This document shows, piece by piece, positions 1-12,387 of a DNA stretch of 64,000 nucleotides; the first letter of the stretch is position 1, and every line of letters begins with the position of its first letter. The DNA is taken from NCBI RefSeq assembly GCF_031998825.1, contig NZ_DAMACX010000001.1:46665-110664 (forward strand), given 5' to 3'. The notes under the pieces were generated by a model. The model did not search any database and was not told the origin of the DNA. It saw only the letters and a program-made list of their open reading frames with translations. The translations under genes and the position numbers were made by a program. This stretch comes from Pseudescherichia sp. Its GTDB lineage: Bacteria > Pseudomonadota > Gammaproteobacteria > Enterobacterales > Enterobacteriaceae.

Positions 1-1210
1 AGACGTGGTGGCTGGACTCGCCGAGGGACGGGCTCAGACGCTGGCGGGACATCTCCAGCAGGCCAAAGCGAGAAATATGGCTGATCTGAATACGGGCACG
101 GTCCTGGCGCACCGCTTCGCGCAGGCGGTTTTCTACCGCACGCTGGTGGCGAACCGGGGTCATATCGATAAAGTCGATAACGATCAGGCCACCGAGGTCG
201 CGCAGGCGCAGCTGGCGGGCAATTTCGTCGGCCGCTTCCAGGTTGGTGTTAAACGCCGTCTCTTCGATATCGCCGCCGCGGGTCGCGCGGGCGGAGTTGA
301 TATCAATCGCGGTCAGCGCTTCGGTGGAGTCGATAACGATGGAGCCGCCGGAAGGCAGACGCACTTCACGCTGGAAGGCAGACTCGATCTGCGACTCGAT
401 CTGGTAGTGGCTGAACAGCGGGATCTCACCGGTGTAGAGCTTGATTTTGCTGCTAAAGTCCGGACGGCCCAACGCCGCGATATGCTGGCGTGCCATCTCC
501 ATCACTTTCGGGTTGTCGATGAGGATCTCACCGATATCCTGGCGCAGATAGTCGCGGAAGGCGCGAACAATAACGTTGCTCTCCTGGTGGATCAGGAACG
601 GAGCAGGGCGGTTTTCAGCGGCTTTCTTGATCGCTTCCCAGTGCTTCAGGCGGAAGCTGAGGTCCCACTGCAGCGCTTCGGCCGATTTGCCAACGCCTGC
701 GGTACGAACGATCAGTCCCATGCCGTCCGGCATGTCCAGGCTCGCCAGCGCCTCTTTCAGCTCGGTACGGTCGTCGCCTTCGATACGGCGAGAGATGCCG
801 CCCGCACGCGGGTTGTTTGGCATCAGAACCAGGTAGCTACCGGCAAGGCTGATAAAGGTGGTTAAGGCTGCGCCTTTGTTACCGCGCTCTTCTTTGTCGA
901 TCTGGACAATGACTTCCTGGCCTTCGCGCAGCACATCTTTGATGTTCGGGCGGCCATGAGCACTGTAGTTAGCAGGGAAGTATTCGCGGGCGATCTCTTT
1001 GAGAGGGAGGAAGCCGTGACGCTCAGCACCGTAGTCAACAAATGCGGCTTCAAGGCTCGGTTCGATACGGGTAATTTTGCCTTTGTAGATGTTCGCTTTT
1101 TTCTGTTCGTGTCCCGGGCTTTCGATATCCAGGTCGTACAGGCGCTGCCCATCAACAAGGGCGACGCGCAACTCTTCCTGCTGAGTTGCGTTAATTAACA
1201 TTCTTTTCAT
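1..1210 (-). CDS. rne: Ribonuclease E, N-terminal catalytic portion (3' end lies beyond window edge)
   Basis: Reverse complement of 1141-1210 reads ATGAAAAGAATGTTAATTAACGCAACTCAGCAGGAAGAG... = [23 protein letters not shown], the canonical RNase E N-terminus. The frame stays open to base 1, so it is absent from the ORF track (no stop in window). The 286-aa + ORF 5..865 is its antisense shadow. Confidence 0.95.
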   Translation of the reverse strand, partial: MKRMLINATQQEELRVALVDGQRLYDLDIESPGHEQKKANIYKGKITRIEPSLEAAFVDYGAERHGFLPLKEIAREYFPANYSAHGRPNIKDVLREGQEVIVQIDKEERGNKGAALTTFISLAGSYLVLMPNNPRAGGISRRIEGDDRTELKEALASLDMPDGMGLIVRTAGVGKSAEALQWDLSFRLKHWEAIKKAAENRPAPFLIHQESNVIVRAFRDYLRQDIGEILIDNPKVMEMARQHIAALGRPDFSSKIKLYTGEIPLFSHYQIESQIESAFQREVRLPSGGSIVIDSTEALTAIDINSARATRGGDIEETAFNTNLEAADEIARQLRLRDLGGLIVIDFIDMTPVRHQRAVENRLREAVRQDRARIQISHISRFGLLEMSRQRLSPSLGESSHHV

Positions 1211-1571
1211 CGTAACTTACTCATTATTCTTACATTGACGACTAAGCTGCGGGCATAGTTAACGCCTTTCCGGGGGTGAACCGATGGCCTCGTGTCTGTT
1301 CACGTCGCCAACCTCACGGTTGTCGCACGCTTAAGAGGCGCAGAGTGTCGGCTGCCTGTATTTCATACGGAAAAACAGCGCAATTATCAGGGGAACTGCC
1401 TGGGTATTACTCTCCAGAGTCGATCCCTTTACCGGTAAGGACTGCAACCCGCAGCCCGCTAAGTGCCTGAAGGATCAATACGTCTTACGCCATTGCTGCG
1501 TGGATGATCGGACAAGCAAAATTGGTCATTCCGCAAATTTCCTTGTTTAACAAGATTCAAGCGGAAACAGC
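1211..1571 (-). promoter_or_regulatory. rne long 5' untranslated leader (autoregulatory) and promoter region
   Basis: About 570 nt non-coding gap between rne ATG (1210) and divergent rluC. E. coli rne is known to carry a ~360-nt structured leader that mediates RNase E autoregulation. Extent is inferred from that knowledge, not mapped. Confidence 0.5.
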
Positions 1572-1777
1572 TTCATTATTCCTTGCTAAATCTGTTATAG
1601 CAAGATGACTTTTGCCATTTATCACCCGGTTACTAACAGTTTTTTCACGTTTGCCCAGGGATTGTTCTAAAACCCAGCGAAAAGCGTGATGACAGTCAAC
1701 AAGAGACCGCCAGACATAAATATAAGCATATAAAAATGAGTGGCGCGAATCGGCCTGGGCTTTTAGAATCGCCCCCC

Positions 1778-2725
1778 ATGAAAACAGAGACCCCATCCGT
1801 AAGAATTGTTGCTATTGCGGCCGACGACGCCGGGCAACGTATCGATAACTTTTTGCGCACCCAGCTCAAAGGCGTGCCGAAAAGTATGATCTACCGCATC
1901 CTGCGTAAAGGCGAAGTGCGGGTTAACAAGAAGCGCGTGAAGCCCGAGTATAAGCTGGAAGGCGGGGATGAGGTGCGTATCCCGCCGGTACGTGTCGCCG
2001 AGCGCGAAGAGGAGGCGGTGTCACCACATCTGAATAAGGTGGCCGCGCTGTCGGATGTTATCCTTTATGAAGACGATCATATTCTGGTGCTGAACAAGCC
2101 CTCCGGTACCGCGGTGCACGGCGGCAGCGGGCTGAGCTTCGGCGTCATTGAAGGCCTGCGCGCCCTGCGCCCGGAGGCGCGCTTCCTGGAGCTGGTACAC
2201 CGTCTGGACCGGGATACCTCCGGCGTGCTGCTGGTGGCCAAGAAGCGCTCGGCGCTGCGCTCCCTGCATGAGCAGCTGCGCGATAAAGGCATGCAGAAGG
2301 ACTATCTGGCGCTGGTGCGCGGCCAGTGGCAGTCGCACGTCAAAACGGTTCAGGCTCCGCTGCTGAAGAATATTCTGCAGAGCGGGGAGCGAATTGTGCG
2401 GGTTAATAGCGAAGGTAAACCCTCAGAGACGCGCTTTAAGGTTGAAGAGCGCTATGCGTTCGCGACGCTGGTGCGCTGTAGCCCGATTACCGGCCGTACC
2501 CACCAGATCCGCGTTCATACCCAGCACGCCGGGCATCCTATCGCCTTTGACGATCGCTACGGCGACCGCGAGTTTGATAAGCAGCTGGCAGGCACCGGGT
2601 TAAACCGTCTCTTCCTGCACGCGGCGGCGTTGAAGTTTACCCATCCGGGTACTGGCGAAACCCTGCGCATTGAAGCACCGCTGGATGAGCAGCTGAAGCG
2701 CTGCCTGAAGGTGTTGCGCGGGTAA
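1778..2725 (+). CDS. rluC: 23S rRNA pseudouridine(955/2504/2580) synthase RluC
   Basis: ORF 1736..2725. From the internal ATG at 1778 it reads MKTETPSVRIVAI...GQRIDNFLRTQLKGVPKSMIYRILRKGEVRVNKKR, near-identical to E. coli RluC, which starts MKTETPS. Divergent from rne as in E. coli. Confidence 0.95.
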   Translation: MKTETPSVRIVAIAADDAGQRIDNFLRTQLKGVPKSMIYRILRKGEVRVNKKRVKPEYKLEGGDEVRIPPVRVAEREEEAVSPHLNKVAALSDVILYEDDHILVLNKPSGTAVHGGSGLSFGVIEGLRALRPEARFLELVHRLDRDTSGVLLVAKKRSALRSLHEQLRDKGMQKDYLALVRGQWQSHVKTVQAPLLKNILQSGERIVRVNSEGKPSETRFKVEERYAFATLVRCSPITGRTHQIRVHTQHAGHPIAFDDRYGDREFDKQLAGTGLNRLFLHAAALKFTHPGTGETLRIEAPLDEQLKRCLKVLRG

Positions 2726-2728
2726 CGT

Positions 2729-2799
2729 AACGCCCGGCGGCGCAAGCTTGCCGGGCCTACGATCCTGTAGGCCGGGTCAGGCGAAGCCGCCACCCGGCG
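2729..2799. repeat. REP/BIME-like extragenic palindromic units
   Basis: gcccggcggcgcaagcttgccgggcctac ... tgtaggccgggtcaggcgaagccgccacccggc between convergent rluC and yceF. It resembles enterobacterial REP units (GCCGGATAAGGCG...CCGGC type). Confidence 0.45.
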
Positions 2800-2804
2800 T
2801 TGGT

Positions 2805-3389
2805 TTAGGCTAAAAGAGGATTGCAGTGCTCCCGGCGCAGCATCTGGCAGAGCGCGATCAGCGGCAGCCCCACCAGCGTGTTTGGATCCCGACCTTCAAG
2901 GCGGTCAAACAGTGCAATCCCCAACCCCTCGCTTTTAAAGCTACCGGCGCAGTTCAGCGGCCGCTCTTTACGCAGATAGTCAGTAATCTCCTGCTCGCTC
3001 AGGTGGCGAAAGTGAACGTCAAACGGTTCGCACTCGGTTTGCAGGTGGCCGGTGGCGGAGTTATAGAGCGCCAGCCCGGTATAGAAGGTGATGATATTAC
3101 CCCGCGCCTTCATTAACTGCTGAAAGGCTTTCTCCTCCGTTAACGGCTTGCCGGTTATTTCACCGTCCAGCACGCACACCTGATCGGATCCAATAATCAG
3201 ATGGTTAGGGTAGCGATCCGCCAGCGACTGGGCCTTGGCCTGCGCCAGGCGCAGCACCAGGTGGCGGGGGGCTTCCCCAGGGTTGGGAGTCTCATCCACG
3301 CCCGGTGCGGCACACTCGAAGGCCAGGCCGAGCTTTTCCAGCAGCGCGCGGCGGTATGGTGACGTGGACGCAAGAATAATATTCGACAT
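2805..3389 (-). CDS. yceF: Maf-like nucleotide pyrophosphatase YceF
   Basis: 194 aa, [35 protein letters not shown]..., Maf family. Position next to yceD/rpmF as in E. coli. Confidence 0.9.
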   Translation of the reverse strand: MSNIILASTSPYRRALLEKLGLAFECAAPGVDETPNPGEAPRHLVLRLAQAKAQSLADRYPNHLIIGSDQVCVLDGEITGKPLTEEKAFQQLMKARGNIITFYTGLALYNSATGHLQTECEPFDVHFRHLSEQEITDYLRKERPLNCAGSFKSEGLGIALFDRLEGRDPNTLVGLPLIALCQMLRREHCNPLLA

Positions 3390-3399
3390 ATTTTTTCCA

Positions 3400-3492
3400 C
3401 CCTATATGGCATAACGAGGTCAGGCATTTTAAACTACAGGCCGCAATGTGTGCGAATAATTGGCAAAAGGCAATCGCAAGCTGCCTTTTTCT
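3400..3492 (+). ncRNA. Candidate small RNA (SraB-like position) ending in a strong hairpin
   Basis: The yceF-yceD divergent intergenic region contains an 8-bp stem, aaaaggca-atcgcaagc-tgcctttt (3465..3490), followed by T residues. It cannot terminate either flanking gene. E. coli SraB sRNA is known to map to the yceF/yceD intergenic region. The 5' end is not determined. Confidence 0.3.
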
Positions 3493-3530
3493 TTGACTCC
3501 AGAACGTTACAAAGTTAATATGCGCGCCCT

Positions 3531-4052
3531 ATGCAAAAGGTAAAATTACCCCTGACTCTTGATCCGGTTCGTACCGCTCAAAAACGCCTTGATTACGAGG
3601 GTGTATACACTCGTGAGCAGGCCGAGCGCGTCGCTGAATCCGTAGTCAGTGTAGACAGTGATGTGGAATGCTCCATGTCGTTCGCTATCGATAACCAGCG
3701 CCTGGCGGTTTTAACCGGCGATGCGAAGGTTTCGGTAACGCTCGAGTGTCAGCGCTGCGGCAAGCCGTTTGCACATCAGGTCTACACACAATATTGTTTC
3801 AGCCCGATCGTCAAAGACGAGCAGGCCGAAGCACTCCCGGAAGCGTATGAACCGATTCAGGTTAACGAATTCGGTGAAATCGACCTGCTGGCATTGGTCG
3901 AGGATGAAATTATCCTCTCCCTGCCGGTAGTGCCGGTGCATGATTCTGAACACTGTGAAGTGTCCGACGCGGACATGGTCTTTGGTGAACTGCCTGAAGA
4001 GGCACAGAAGCCAAACCCATTTGCCGTATTAGCCAGCTTAAAGCGTAAGTAA
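3531..4052 (+). CDS. yceD: DUF177 large-ribosomal-subunit accumulation protein YceD
   Basis: 173 aa, [26 protein letters not shown]..., immediately upstream of rpmF as in E. coli. Confidence 0.9.
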   Translation: MQKVKLPLTLDPVRTAQKRLDYEGVYTREQAERVAESVVSVDSDVECSMSFAIDNQRLAVLTGDAKVSVTLECQRCGKPFAHQVYTQYCFSPIVKDEQAEALPEAYEPIQVNEFGEIDLLALVEDEIILSLPVVPVHDSEHCEVSDADMVFGELPEEAQKPNPFAVLASLKRK

Positions 4053-4088
4053 CAGGTCTCTCCGTAGTAATGGAGTTACCGTAATTGA

Positions 4089-4274
<186 letters not shown>

Positions 4275-4349
4275 TCACGCGCAAGCGTGAGGCTTAGTGA
4301 GGAAATCCCCGCGTAAGCGGGGGTTAACCGAACCAGGCTCGACGATACC

Positions 4350-5384
4350 TTGACACGTCTAACCCTGGCGTTAGATGTCATGGGGGGCGATTTTGGCCCT
4401 TCCGTGACGGTGCCTGCAGCATTGCAGGCACTGCATTCTAACCCTCAGCTCACACTTCTGTTAGTCGGTCATCCCGACGCTATCACGCCATTACTTGCCA
4501 AAGCCGATTTTGATCAGCGCTCGCGCCTGCAGGTTATTCCTGCTGAGTCGGTTATTGCCAGTGATGTCCGTCCCGCCCAGGCCGTGCGCAACAGCCGCGG
4601 TAGCTCTATGCGCATGGCGCTGGAGCTGGTCAAAGAGGGGCGCGCCGAGGCCTGCGTCAGCGCAGGCAATACCGGGGCGCTGATGGGGCTGGCTAAGCTG
4701 CTGCTTAAGCCCATTGAAGGTATTGAACGTCCGGCGCTGATGACGGTGTTGCCGCATCAGCAGAAGGGCAGAACCGTGGTGCTGGATCTCGGCGCTAACG
4801 TTGACTGTGACAGTACCATGCTGGTGCAGTTTGCCATTATGGGATCGGTAATGGCTGAAGAGGTCATTGGTATTGAACATCCGCGCGTGGCGCTACTCAA
4901 TATCGGTGAAGAAGAGGTTAAGGGCCTCGACAGCATCCGCGACGCGTCGGCGCTGCTAAAATCGATCCCATCGATCAACTATATTGGCTATCTTGAAGCT
5001 AATGAGCTGCTCACCGGCAAAACGGACGTGCTGGTCTGTGATGGCTTCACCGGCAACGTGACGTTGAAGACAATGGAAGGCATGGTCAGAATGTTCCTGT
5101 CGTTGCTGAAATCACAGGGCGAGGGCAAAAAACGGTCGTGGTGGCTGCTTTTATTAAAGCGTTGGTTACAAAAAAGCCTGACAAGGCGATTCAGTCACCT
5201 CAACCCCGACCAGTATAATGGTGCCTGTCTGTTAGGATTGCGCGGCACGGTGATTAAGAGTCATGGTGCCGCCAATCAGCGCGCGTTTGCTGTCGCGATT
5301 GAACAGGCAGTGCAGGCGGTGCAGCGGCATGTCCCCGAACGGATTGCCGCTCGCCTGGAATCTGTGTTACCGGAAAAAGACTGA
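4350..5384 (+). CDS. plsX: Phosphate acyltransferase PlsX
   Basis: 344 aa, [28 protein letters not shown]..., TTG start, near-identical to E. coli PlsX. Heads the fab cluster. Confidence 0.95.
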   Translation: MTRLTLALDVMGGDFGPSVTVPAALQALHSNPQLTLLLVGHPDAITPLLAKADFDQRSRLQVIPAESVIASDVRPAQAVRNSRGSSMRMALELVKEGRAEACVSAGNTGALMGLAKLLLKPIEGIERPALMTVLPHQQKGRTVVLDLGANVDCDSTMLVQFAIMGSVMAEEVIGIEHPRVALLNIGEEEVKGLDSIRDASALLKSIPSINYIGYLEANELLTGKTDVLVCDGFTGNVTLKTMEGMVRMFLSLLKSQGEGKKRSWWLLLLKRWLQKSLTRRFSHLNPDQYNGACLLGLRGTVIKSHGAANQRAFAVAIEQAVQAVQRHVPERIAARLESVLPEKD

Positions 5385-5390
5385 GCGTAT

Positions 5391-6344
5391 ATGTATACGA
5401 AGATTAGTGGTACCGGCAGCTACCTGCCCGAGCAAGTGCGAACCAACGCCGATTTAGAAAAAATGGTCGATACCTCTGACGAGTGGATTGTTACCCGCAC
5501 AGGTATCCGTGAGCGTCGCATTGCTGCCACGGATGAAACCGTGGCAACCATGGGTTTTGAAGCCGCTAAGCGCGCCATCGAGATGGCGGGCATCGATAAA
5601 AACGATATCGGCCTGATCATCGTTGCCACCACCTCGGCGACCCATGCGTTTCCAAGTGCGGCCTGCCAGGTGCAGAACCTGCTGGAGATCAAAGGCTGCC
5701 CGGCGTTTGACGTTGCTGCCGCCTGCGCAGGCTTTACCTATGCCCTGAGCATTGCCGATCAGTATGTTAAAAGCGGTGCGGTGAAGCATGCGCTGGTAAT
5801 TGGTTCTGACGTGCTGGCCCGCACCTGCGATCCTGCCGATCGTGGAACGATCATTATCTTCGGTGACGGCGCGGGCGCGGCGGTGCTGAGCGCATCCGAA
5901 GAGCAGGGGATCATCTCTACCCACCTGCATGCAGACGGTAGCTACGGTGAGCTGCTGACCCTGCCGAACCTCGATCGCGTCAAGGCGGACAACCCAACCT
6001 ACCTGACCATGACCGGTAATGAAGTCTTTAAAGTGGCGGTGACCGAGCTGGCGCACATCGTTGAAGAGACGCTGACCGCCAATAACATCGACCGTTCCGA
6101 GCTGGACTGGCTGGTGCCGCACCAGGCGAACCTGCGCATTATCAGCGCGACGGCGAGAAAGCTGGGCATGGACATGGATAAAGTGGTGGTAACCCTTGAT
6201 CGTCACGGCAATACCTCTGCGGCATCGGTGCCTTGTGCGCTGGATGAAGCGGTGCGCGACGGACGTATCAAGCCGGGTCAGCTGGTGCTGCTTGAGGCCT
6301 TCGGCGGCGGTTTCACCTGGGGCTCTGCGCTAGTTCGTTTCTAG
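5391..6344 (+). CDS. fabH: 3-oxoacyl-ACP synthase III
   Basis: 317 aa, [43 protein letters not shown]..., canonical FabH. Confidence 0.97.
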   Translation: MYTKISGTGSYLPEQVRTNADLEKMVDTSDEWIVTRTGIRERRIAATDETVATMGFEAAKRAIEMAGIDKNDIGLIIVATTSATHAFPSAACQVQNLLEIKGCPAFDVAAACAGFTYALSIADQYVKSGAVKHALVIGSDVLARTCDPADRGTIIIFGDGAGAAVLSASEEQGIISTHLHADGSYGELLTLPNLDRVKADNPTYLTMTGNEVFKVAVTELAHIVEETLTANNIDRSELDWLVPHQANLRIISATARKLGMDMDKVVVTLDRHGNTSAASVPCALDEAVRDGRIKPGQLVLLEAFGGGFTWGSALVRF

Positions 6345-6361
6345 TATTAAGGATAAATAAG

Positions 6362-7291
6362 ATGACGCAATTTGCTTTTGTCTTCCCGGGACAGGGTTCT
6401 CAGACCGTGGGTATGCTCGCCGATGTGGCAGCACAGTTTCCGCTGGTGGAAGAGACGTTCCGTGAAGCTTCTGCGGCGCTGGGCTATGACCTGTGGGCGC
6501 TGGCCCAGCAGGGTCCAGCAGAAGAGCTGAACAAAACCTGGCAGACCCAGCCAGCGCTGCTGACGGCCTCCGTTGCGCTGTGGCGCGTCTGGCAGCAGCA
6601 GGGCGGCAAAACCCCGGCGCTGATGGCAGGCCATAGCCTGGGCGAATACTCCGCGCTGGTTTGCGCTGGCGTGATCGATTTCGCCGATGCCGTGCGCCTG
6701 GTTGAGCTGCGCGGCAAATTTATGCAGGAAGCGGTACCGGAAGGCACTGGCGGCATGTCGGCCATTATCGGCCTTGACGATGCGGCCATTGCCAAAGCCT
6801 GTGAAGAGGCTGCTGAAGGCCAGATTGTCTCGCCGGTGAACTTCAACTCGCCGGGCCAGGTGGTGATCGCCGGGCATAAAGAGGCGGTTGAGCGTGCTGG
6901 TGCGGCCTGTAAAGCGGCGGGTGCCAAGCGCGCGCTGCCGCTGCCGGTGAGCGTGCCTTCCCACTGCGCGCTGATGAAGCCGGCAGCCGAGAAGCTGGCC
7001 GCCGAGCTGGAAAAAATCACCTTCAACGCCCCGGCTATTCCGGTGGTGAACAACGTTGATGTGAAGTGCGAAACCTCGCCGGAAGCGATCCGCGATGCGC
7101 TGGTTCGCCAGCTCTACAGTCCGGTACAGTGGACGAAGAGCGTAGAATTTATGGCTTCCCAGGGCGTAGAGCACCTGTATGAAGCCGGTCCGGGCAAAGT
7201 GCTGACTGGCCTGACCAAACGTATTGTTGACACCCTGACCGCCTCGGCCATTAACGAGCCTGCGGCACTGTCAGCGGCGCTTGAGCAATAA
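6362..7291 (+). CDS. fabD: Malonyl-CoA:ACP transacylase
   Basis: 309 aa, MTQFAFVFPGQGSQTVGML...GHSLGEYSALV (active-site GHSLG). Confidence 0.97.
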   Translation: MTQFAFVFPGQGSQTVGMLADVAAQFPLVEETFREASAALGYDLWALAQQGPAEELNKTWQTQPALLTASVALWRVWQQQGGKTPALMAGHSLGEYSALVCAGVIDFADAVRLVELRGKFMQEAVPEGTGGMSAIIGLDDAAIAKACEEAAEGQIVSPVNFNSPGQVVIAGHKEAVERAGAACKAAGAKRALPLPVSVPSHCALMKPAAEKLAAELEKITFNAPAIPVVNNVDVKCETSPEAIRDALVRQLYSPVQWTKSVEFMASQGVEHLYEAGPGKVLTGLTKRIVDTLTASAINEPAALSAALEQ

Positions 7292-7308
7292 ACAAGGAAC
7301 CCAAAACC

Positions 7309-8043
7309 ATGAGTTTTGAAGGAAAGATCGCACTGGTTACCGGTGCAAGCCGTGGCATTGGCCGCGCAATCGCTGAAACCCTCGTTGCCCGTGGCGCGAA
7401 GGTGATCGGTACCGCGACCAGCGAAAGCGGCGCACAGGCCATCAGCGACTATTTAGGTGCAAACGGCAAAGGTTTACAGTTAAACGTGACCGATCCTGCA
7501 TCTATTGAATCCGTGCTGGAAAATATCCGTGCAGAGTTTGGCGAAGTGGACATTCTGGTAAATAATGCCGGGATTACCCGTGACAACCTGTTAATGCGGA
7601 TGAAAGACGACGAGTGGAACGATATCATCGAAACCAACCTCTCTTCTGTTTTCCGCCTGTCAAAAGCGGTAATGCGGGCTATGATGAAGAAGCGTCATGG
7701 TCGCATTATCACTATCGGTTCTGTGGTGGGTACCATGGGAAATGCTGGTCAGGCTAACTACGCTGCGGCGAAAGCAGGCCTGATCGGTTTCAGTAAGTCG
7801 CTGGCGCGTGAAGTCGCGTCCCGTGGCATTACTGTAAACGTTGTTGCTCCGGGCTTTATTGAAACGGACATGACGCGTGCGCTGACTGAAGATCAGCGTG
7901 CGGGTACGCTGGCGGCAGTTCCGGCGGGTCGCTTAGGCGAACCAAAGGAGATCGCCAGTGCGGTTGCATTCTTAGCCTCTGACGAGGCGGGTTACATCAC
8001 TGGTGAGACCCTGCACGTCAACGGCGGAATGTATATGGTTTAA
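7309..8043 (+). CDS. fabG: 3-oxoacyl-ACP reductase
   Basis: 244 aa SDR, MSFEGKIALVTGASRGIGRAIAETL...NYAAAKAG. Confidence 0.97.
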   Translation: MSFEGKIALVTGASRGIGRAIAETLVARGAKVIGTATSESGAQAISDYLGANGKGLQLNVTDPASIESVLENIRAEFGEVDILVNNAGITRDNLLMRMKDDEWNDIIETNLSSVFRLSKAVMRAMMKKRHGRIITIGSVVGTMGNAGQANYAAAKAGLIGFSKSLAREVASRGITVNVVAPGFIETDMTRALTEDQRAGTLAAVPAGRLGEPKEIASAVAFLASDEAGYITGETLHVNGGMYMV

Positions 8044-8221
8044 CCACGTTATTTCCTAAAGCACTATATGGGAATAATTTTATTTGCGTTATTAGGGCAA
8101 AAGGCCTCAGAATAGCGCAAAATCGTGGTAGGACCTGCCGGGATTTAGTTGCAAATTTTTCAACATTTTATACACTACGAAAACCATCGCGAAAGCGAGT
8201 TTTGATAGGAAATTTAAGAGT

Positions 8222-8461
8222 ATGAGCACCACTATCGAAGAACGCGTTAAGAAAATTATTGGCGAGCAGCTGGGCGTTAAGCAGGAAGAAGTAACTAACA
8301 ATGCTTCTTTCGTTGACGATCTGGGCGCGGATTCTCTTGACACCGTTGAGCTGGTAATGGCTCTGGAAGAAGAGTTTGATACTGAGATTCCGGACGAAGA
8401 AGCTGAGAAAATCACTACCGTTCAGGCTGCCATTGATTACATCAACGGTCACCAGGCGTAA
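8222..8461 (+). CDS. acpP: Acyl carrier protein
   Basis: 79 aa, [52 protein letters not shown]... (DSLD phosphopantetheine site). One extra Thr near the N-terminus relative to E. coli AcpP. Confidence 0.98.
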   Translation: MSTTIEERVKKIIGEQLGVKQEEVTNNASFVDDLGADSLDTVELVMALEEEFDTEIPDEEAEKITTVQAAIDYINGHQA

Positions 8462-8472
8462 GTGAACATCTC

Positions 8473-9791
<1,319 letters not shown>

Positions 9792-9921
9792 CGCCGTATG
9801 ACCGGGTGGCCTTTGCGCTGCCCGGTCTGCTCCGCACGTTTTCCCTTTCAATTCAGCTTTCTCCGCTTGTCCTGCGCTACGCATCCTGCCAGACTACCCG
9901 GTCACTGACACAGGAGCCGCT

Positions 9922-10737
9922 ATGTTCTTGATAAATGGCTGCCAACAGCAGACGCTGGCGGCAAACGACAGGGCAGTACAGTTTGGTGACGGCTGCTTTA
10001 CCACCGCCCGGATCCAGACCGGCCAGGTTCAGCTGCTCCCGGCACATCTTGCGCGGCTGCGTGAGGCCTGTGAGCGTCTGCTGCTGCCCTTTCACGACTG
10101 GACCCTCCTCGAGCAGGAGATGGTCACTCTGGCGAGTCAACAGCAGACCGGCGTGCTAAAGGTGATTATCAGCCGGGGCGCAGGCGGGCGCGGCTACAGC
10201 GCTACGGGCTGCGAGACGCCGACGCGTATTCTAAGCCTTTCGGCGCAGCCTGCGCACTACGATCGCTGGCGGCAGGAGGGGATTACCCTTACGCTCAGCC
10301 CGGTCCGGCTCGGACGTAATCCTCATCTTGCAGGAATTAAGCATCTCAATCGCCTGGAACAGGTGCTGATCCGTACTCATCTTGAGCAGACGGCAGGGGA
10401 CGAAGCGCTGGTTCTTGACAGCGATGGGTTGCTTACGGAATGCTGTGCCGCGAATTTATTCTGGCGGAAAGGCGCGACGGTATTTACGCCGCGTCTTGAC
10501 CATGCAGGCGTGAAGGGCATTATGCGCAGGTTTATTATCGATCGGCTGGCTGCATCTGAGTTTAGCTTCGCCGAAGTGGCTGCGCGGCCAAAGGCGCTGG
10601 CAGATGCCGATGAGGTGCTGATCTGCAATGCGCTGATGCCGGTTGTGCCGGTTAACGCCTGTGACGAGTGGGGTTGGACCTCCCGCGAGTTGTATACCTT
10701 TTTATCCCCCCTTTGTGAGCGTGCGATGTCGTCATGA
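9922..10737 (+). CDS. pabC: Aminodeoxychorismate lyase
   Basis: 271 aa, [31 protein letters not shown]..., class IV aminotransferase fold. Position after fabF as in E. coli. Confidence 0.9.
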   Translation: MFLINGCQQQTLAANDRAVQFGDGCFTTARIQTGQVQLLPAHLARLREACERLLLPFHDWTLLEQEMVTLASQQQTGVLKVIISRGAGGRGYSATGCETPTRILSLSAQPAHYDRWRQEGITLTLSPVRLGRNPHLAGIKHLNRLEQVLIRTHLEQTAGDEALVLDSDGLLTECCAANLFWRKGATVFTPRLDHAGVKGIMRRFIIDRLAASEFSFAEVAARPKALADADEVLICNALMPVVPVNACDEWGWTSRELYTFLSPLCERAMSS

Positions 10738-11756
10738 AGAAAATGCTTCGTTTTGTTTTACTCCTGCTGGTGGTGCTGGGCATTACCGCGGGTGCAGGTT
10801 ACTGGAAGGTTCGCCAGCTGGCGGAGAGCAAGCTGCTGATCAAGGCAGAGACGATCTTTACCCTGAAGGCAGGCACTGGCCGACAGGCGCTGGGAACCCA
10901 GCTCTACAGTGAGAAGATTATCAATCGCCCCCGCGTCTTCCAGTGGCTGCTGCGCGTGGAGCCGGATCTCTCCCACTTCAAGGCCGGGACCTATCGCTTT
11001 ACCCCGGATATGACGGTGCGTGACATGCTGCGGCTGCTGGAGAGCGGCAAAGAGGCGCAGTTCCCGCTGCGTCTGGTAGAGGGGATGCGTCTTAGCGACT
11101 ACCTGAAGCAGCTCCGGGACGCACCCTATATTCAGCATACGCTGAAGGATGACAGCTACGCCACGGTGGCCGAGGTGCTCAAGTTTGACCATCCTGAATG
11201 GATCGAAGGCTGGTTCTGGCCCGATACCTGGCTCTACACAGCGAACACTACCGATGTGACAATGCTCAAGCGCGCCCACGACAAGATGGTCGCTGCGGTC
11301 AATAACGCCTGGGAAGGGCGAACCGAGGGCCTGCCGTACAAGGATCAGAACCAGCTGGTCACCATGGCCTCAATCATTGAAAAAGAGACGGCGGTTGCCA
11401 GCGAGCGGGACCAGGTTGCCTCGGTCTTTATTAACCGCCTGCGTACCGGTATGCGCCTGCAAACCGATCCCACCGTGATCTACGGGATGGGGGAGAGCTA
11501 CAACGGTAAAATCAGCCGTAGCGATCTGGAGACGCCAACGGCGTATAATACCTACACCATCAGCGGCCTGCCGCCGGGACCGATTGCCATCCCGAGCGAT
11601 GCGTCGCTGCGCGCTGCCGCACATCCGGCGAAAACGCCGTATCTCTATTTTGTCGCTGACGGCAAAGGGGGGCATAACTTTACCACCAACCTCGTCAGCC
11701 ACAATCGCGCGGTGCAGGACTATCTGAAAGTGCTTAAGGAAAAAAATGGCCAGTAA
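10734..11756 (+). CDS. mltG: Endolytic murein transglycosylase MltG (YceG)
   Basis: 340 aa with N-terminal TM segment and YceG-like domain (...[38 protein letters not shown]...). 4-nt overlap with pabC. Confidence 0.93.
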   Translation: MKKMLRFVLLLLVVLGITAGAGYWKVRQLAESKLLIKAETIFTLKAGTGRQALGTQLYSEKIINRPRVFQWLLRVEPDLSHFKAGTYRFTPDMTVRDMLRLLESGKEAQFPLRLVEGMRLSDYLKQLRDAPYIQHTLKDDSYATVAEVLKFDHPEWIEGWFWPDTWLYTANTTDVTMLKRAHDKMVAAVNNAWEGRTEGLPYKDQNQLVTMASIIEKETAVASERDQVASVFINRLRTGMRLQTDPTVIYGMGESYNGKISRSDLETPTAYNTYTISGLPPGPIAIPSDASLRAAAHPAKTPYLYFVADGKGGHNFTTNLVSHNRAVQDYLKVLKEKNGQ

Positions 11757-12387
11757 ATACATCGTTATCGAAGGGCTGGAAGGGGCCGGAAAGACCACCG
11801 CCCGCGATACCGTCGTGGAGACGCTGACCCAGCTCGGCGTAGGCGAGATGATCTTCACTCGCGAGCCCGGCGGCACGCAGCTCGCTGAGAAGCTGCGCAG
11901 CCTGGTTCTGGATATCAAATCCGTAGGCGATGAGGTCATCACTGACAAAGCCGAAGTGCTGATGTTCTATGCTGCCCGTGTCCAGCTGGTGGAGACGGTC
12001 ATCAAGCCCGCGCTGGCCCGAGGCTGCTGGGTGATTGGCGATCGCCACGATCTCTCAACTCAGGCTTACCAGGGCGGCGGACGCGGCATTGATGCATGTA
12101 TGCTGGCTACGCTGCGCGATACCGTATTAGGCGATTTCCGTCCGGATCTGACGCTTTACCTCGACGTGGAGCCGGAAGTAGGCCTGAAACGCGCCCGCGC
12201 CCGGGGCGAGCTGGACCGCATCGAGCAGGAGTCCTATGACTTCTTCCATCGCGCCCGCGCCCGTTATCTGGCGCTTGCCGCGGCCGATCCGCGGATCAAA
12301 ACCATCGACGCCACTCGTTCCCTCGAGGAGGTGATGAGCGACATTCGCCAGACGGTCACCGCCTGGGTGCGGGAGCAGGGCGCATGA
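11746..12387 (+). CDS. tmk: Thymidylate kinase
   Basis: 213 aa, [18 protein letters not shown] (P-loop). Overlaps mltG 3' end. Confidence 0.95.
   Translation: MASKYIVIEGLEGAGKTTARDTVVETLTQLGVGEMIFTREPGGTQLAEKLRSLVLDIKSVGDEVITDKAEVLMFYAARVQLVETVIKPALARGCWVIGDRHDLSTQAYQGGGRGIDACMLATLRDTVLGDFRPDLTLYLDVEPEVGLKRARARGELDRIEQESYDFFHRARARYLALAAADPRIKTIDATRSLEEVMSDIRQTVTAWVREQGA

Noticed and set aside
5-865. Long ORFs antisense to well-identified genes: 5..865 (+, vs rne), 5454..6206 (-, vs fabH), 6347..7174 (-, vs fabD), 12501..13196 (-, vs holB), 14534..15994 (-, 486 aa vs ptsG), 31603..32487 (-, vs MFS), 54007..54894 and 54901..55569 (+, vs fhuE), 58803..59474 (-, vs nagZ), 62784..63314 (-, vs ndh).
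   Set aside because: Each lies opposite a gene with an unmistakable family match. Their products are Arg/Gly/Ala/His-rich low-complexity strings with no motifs, typical of stop-poor antisense frames in GC-rich coding DNA.
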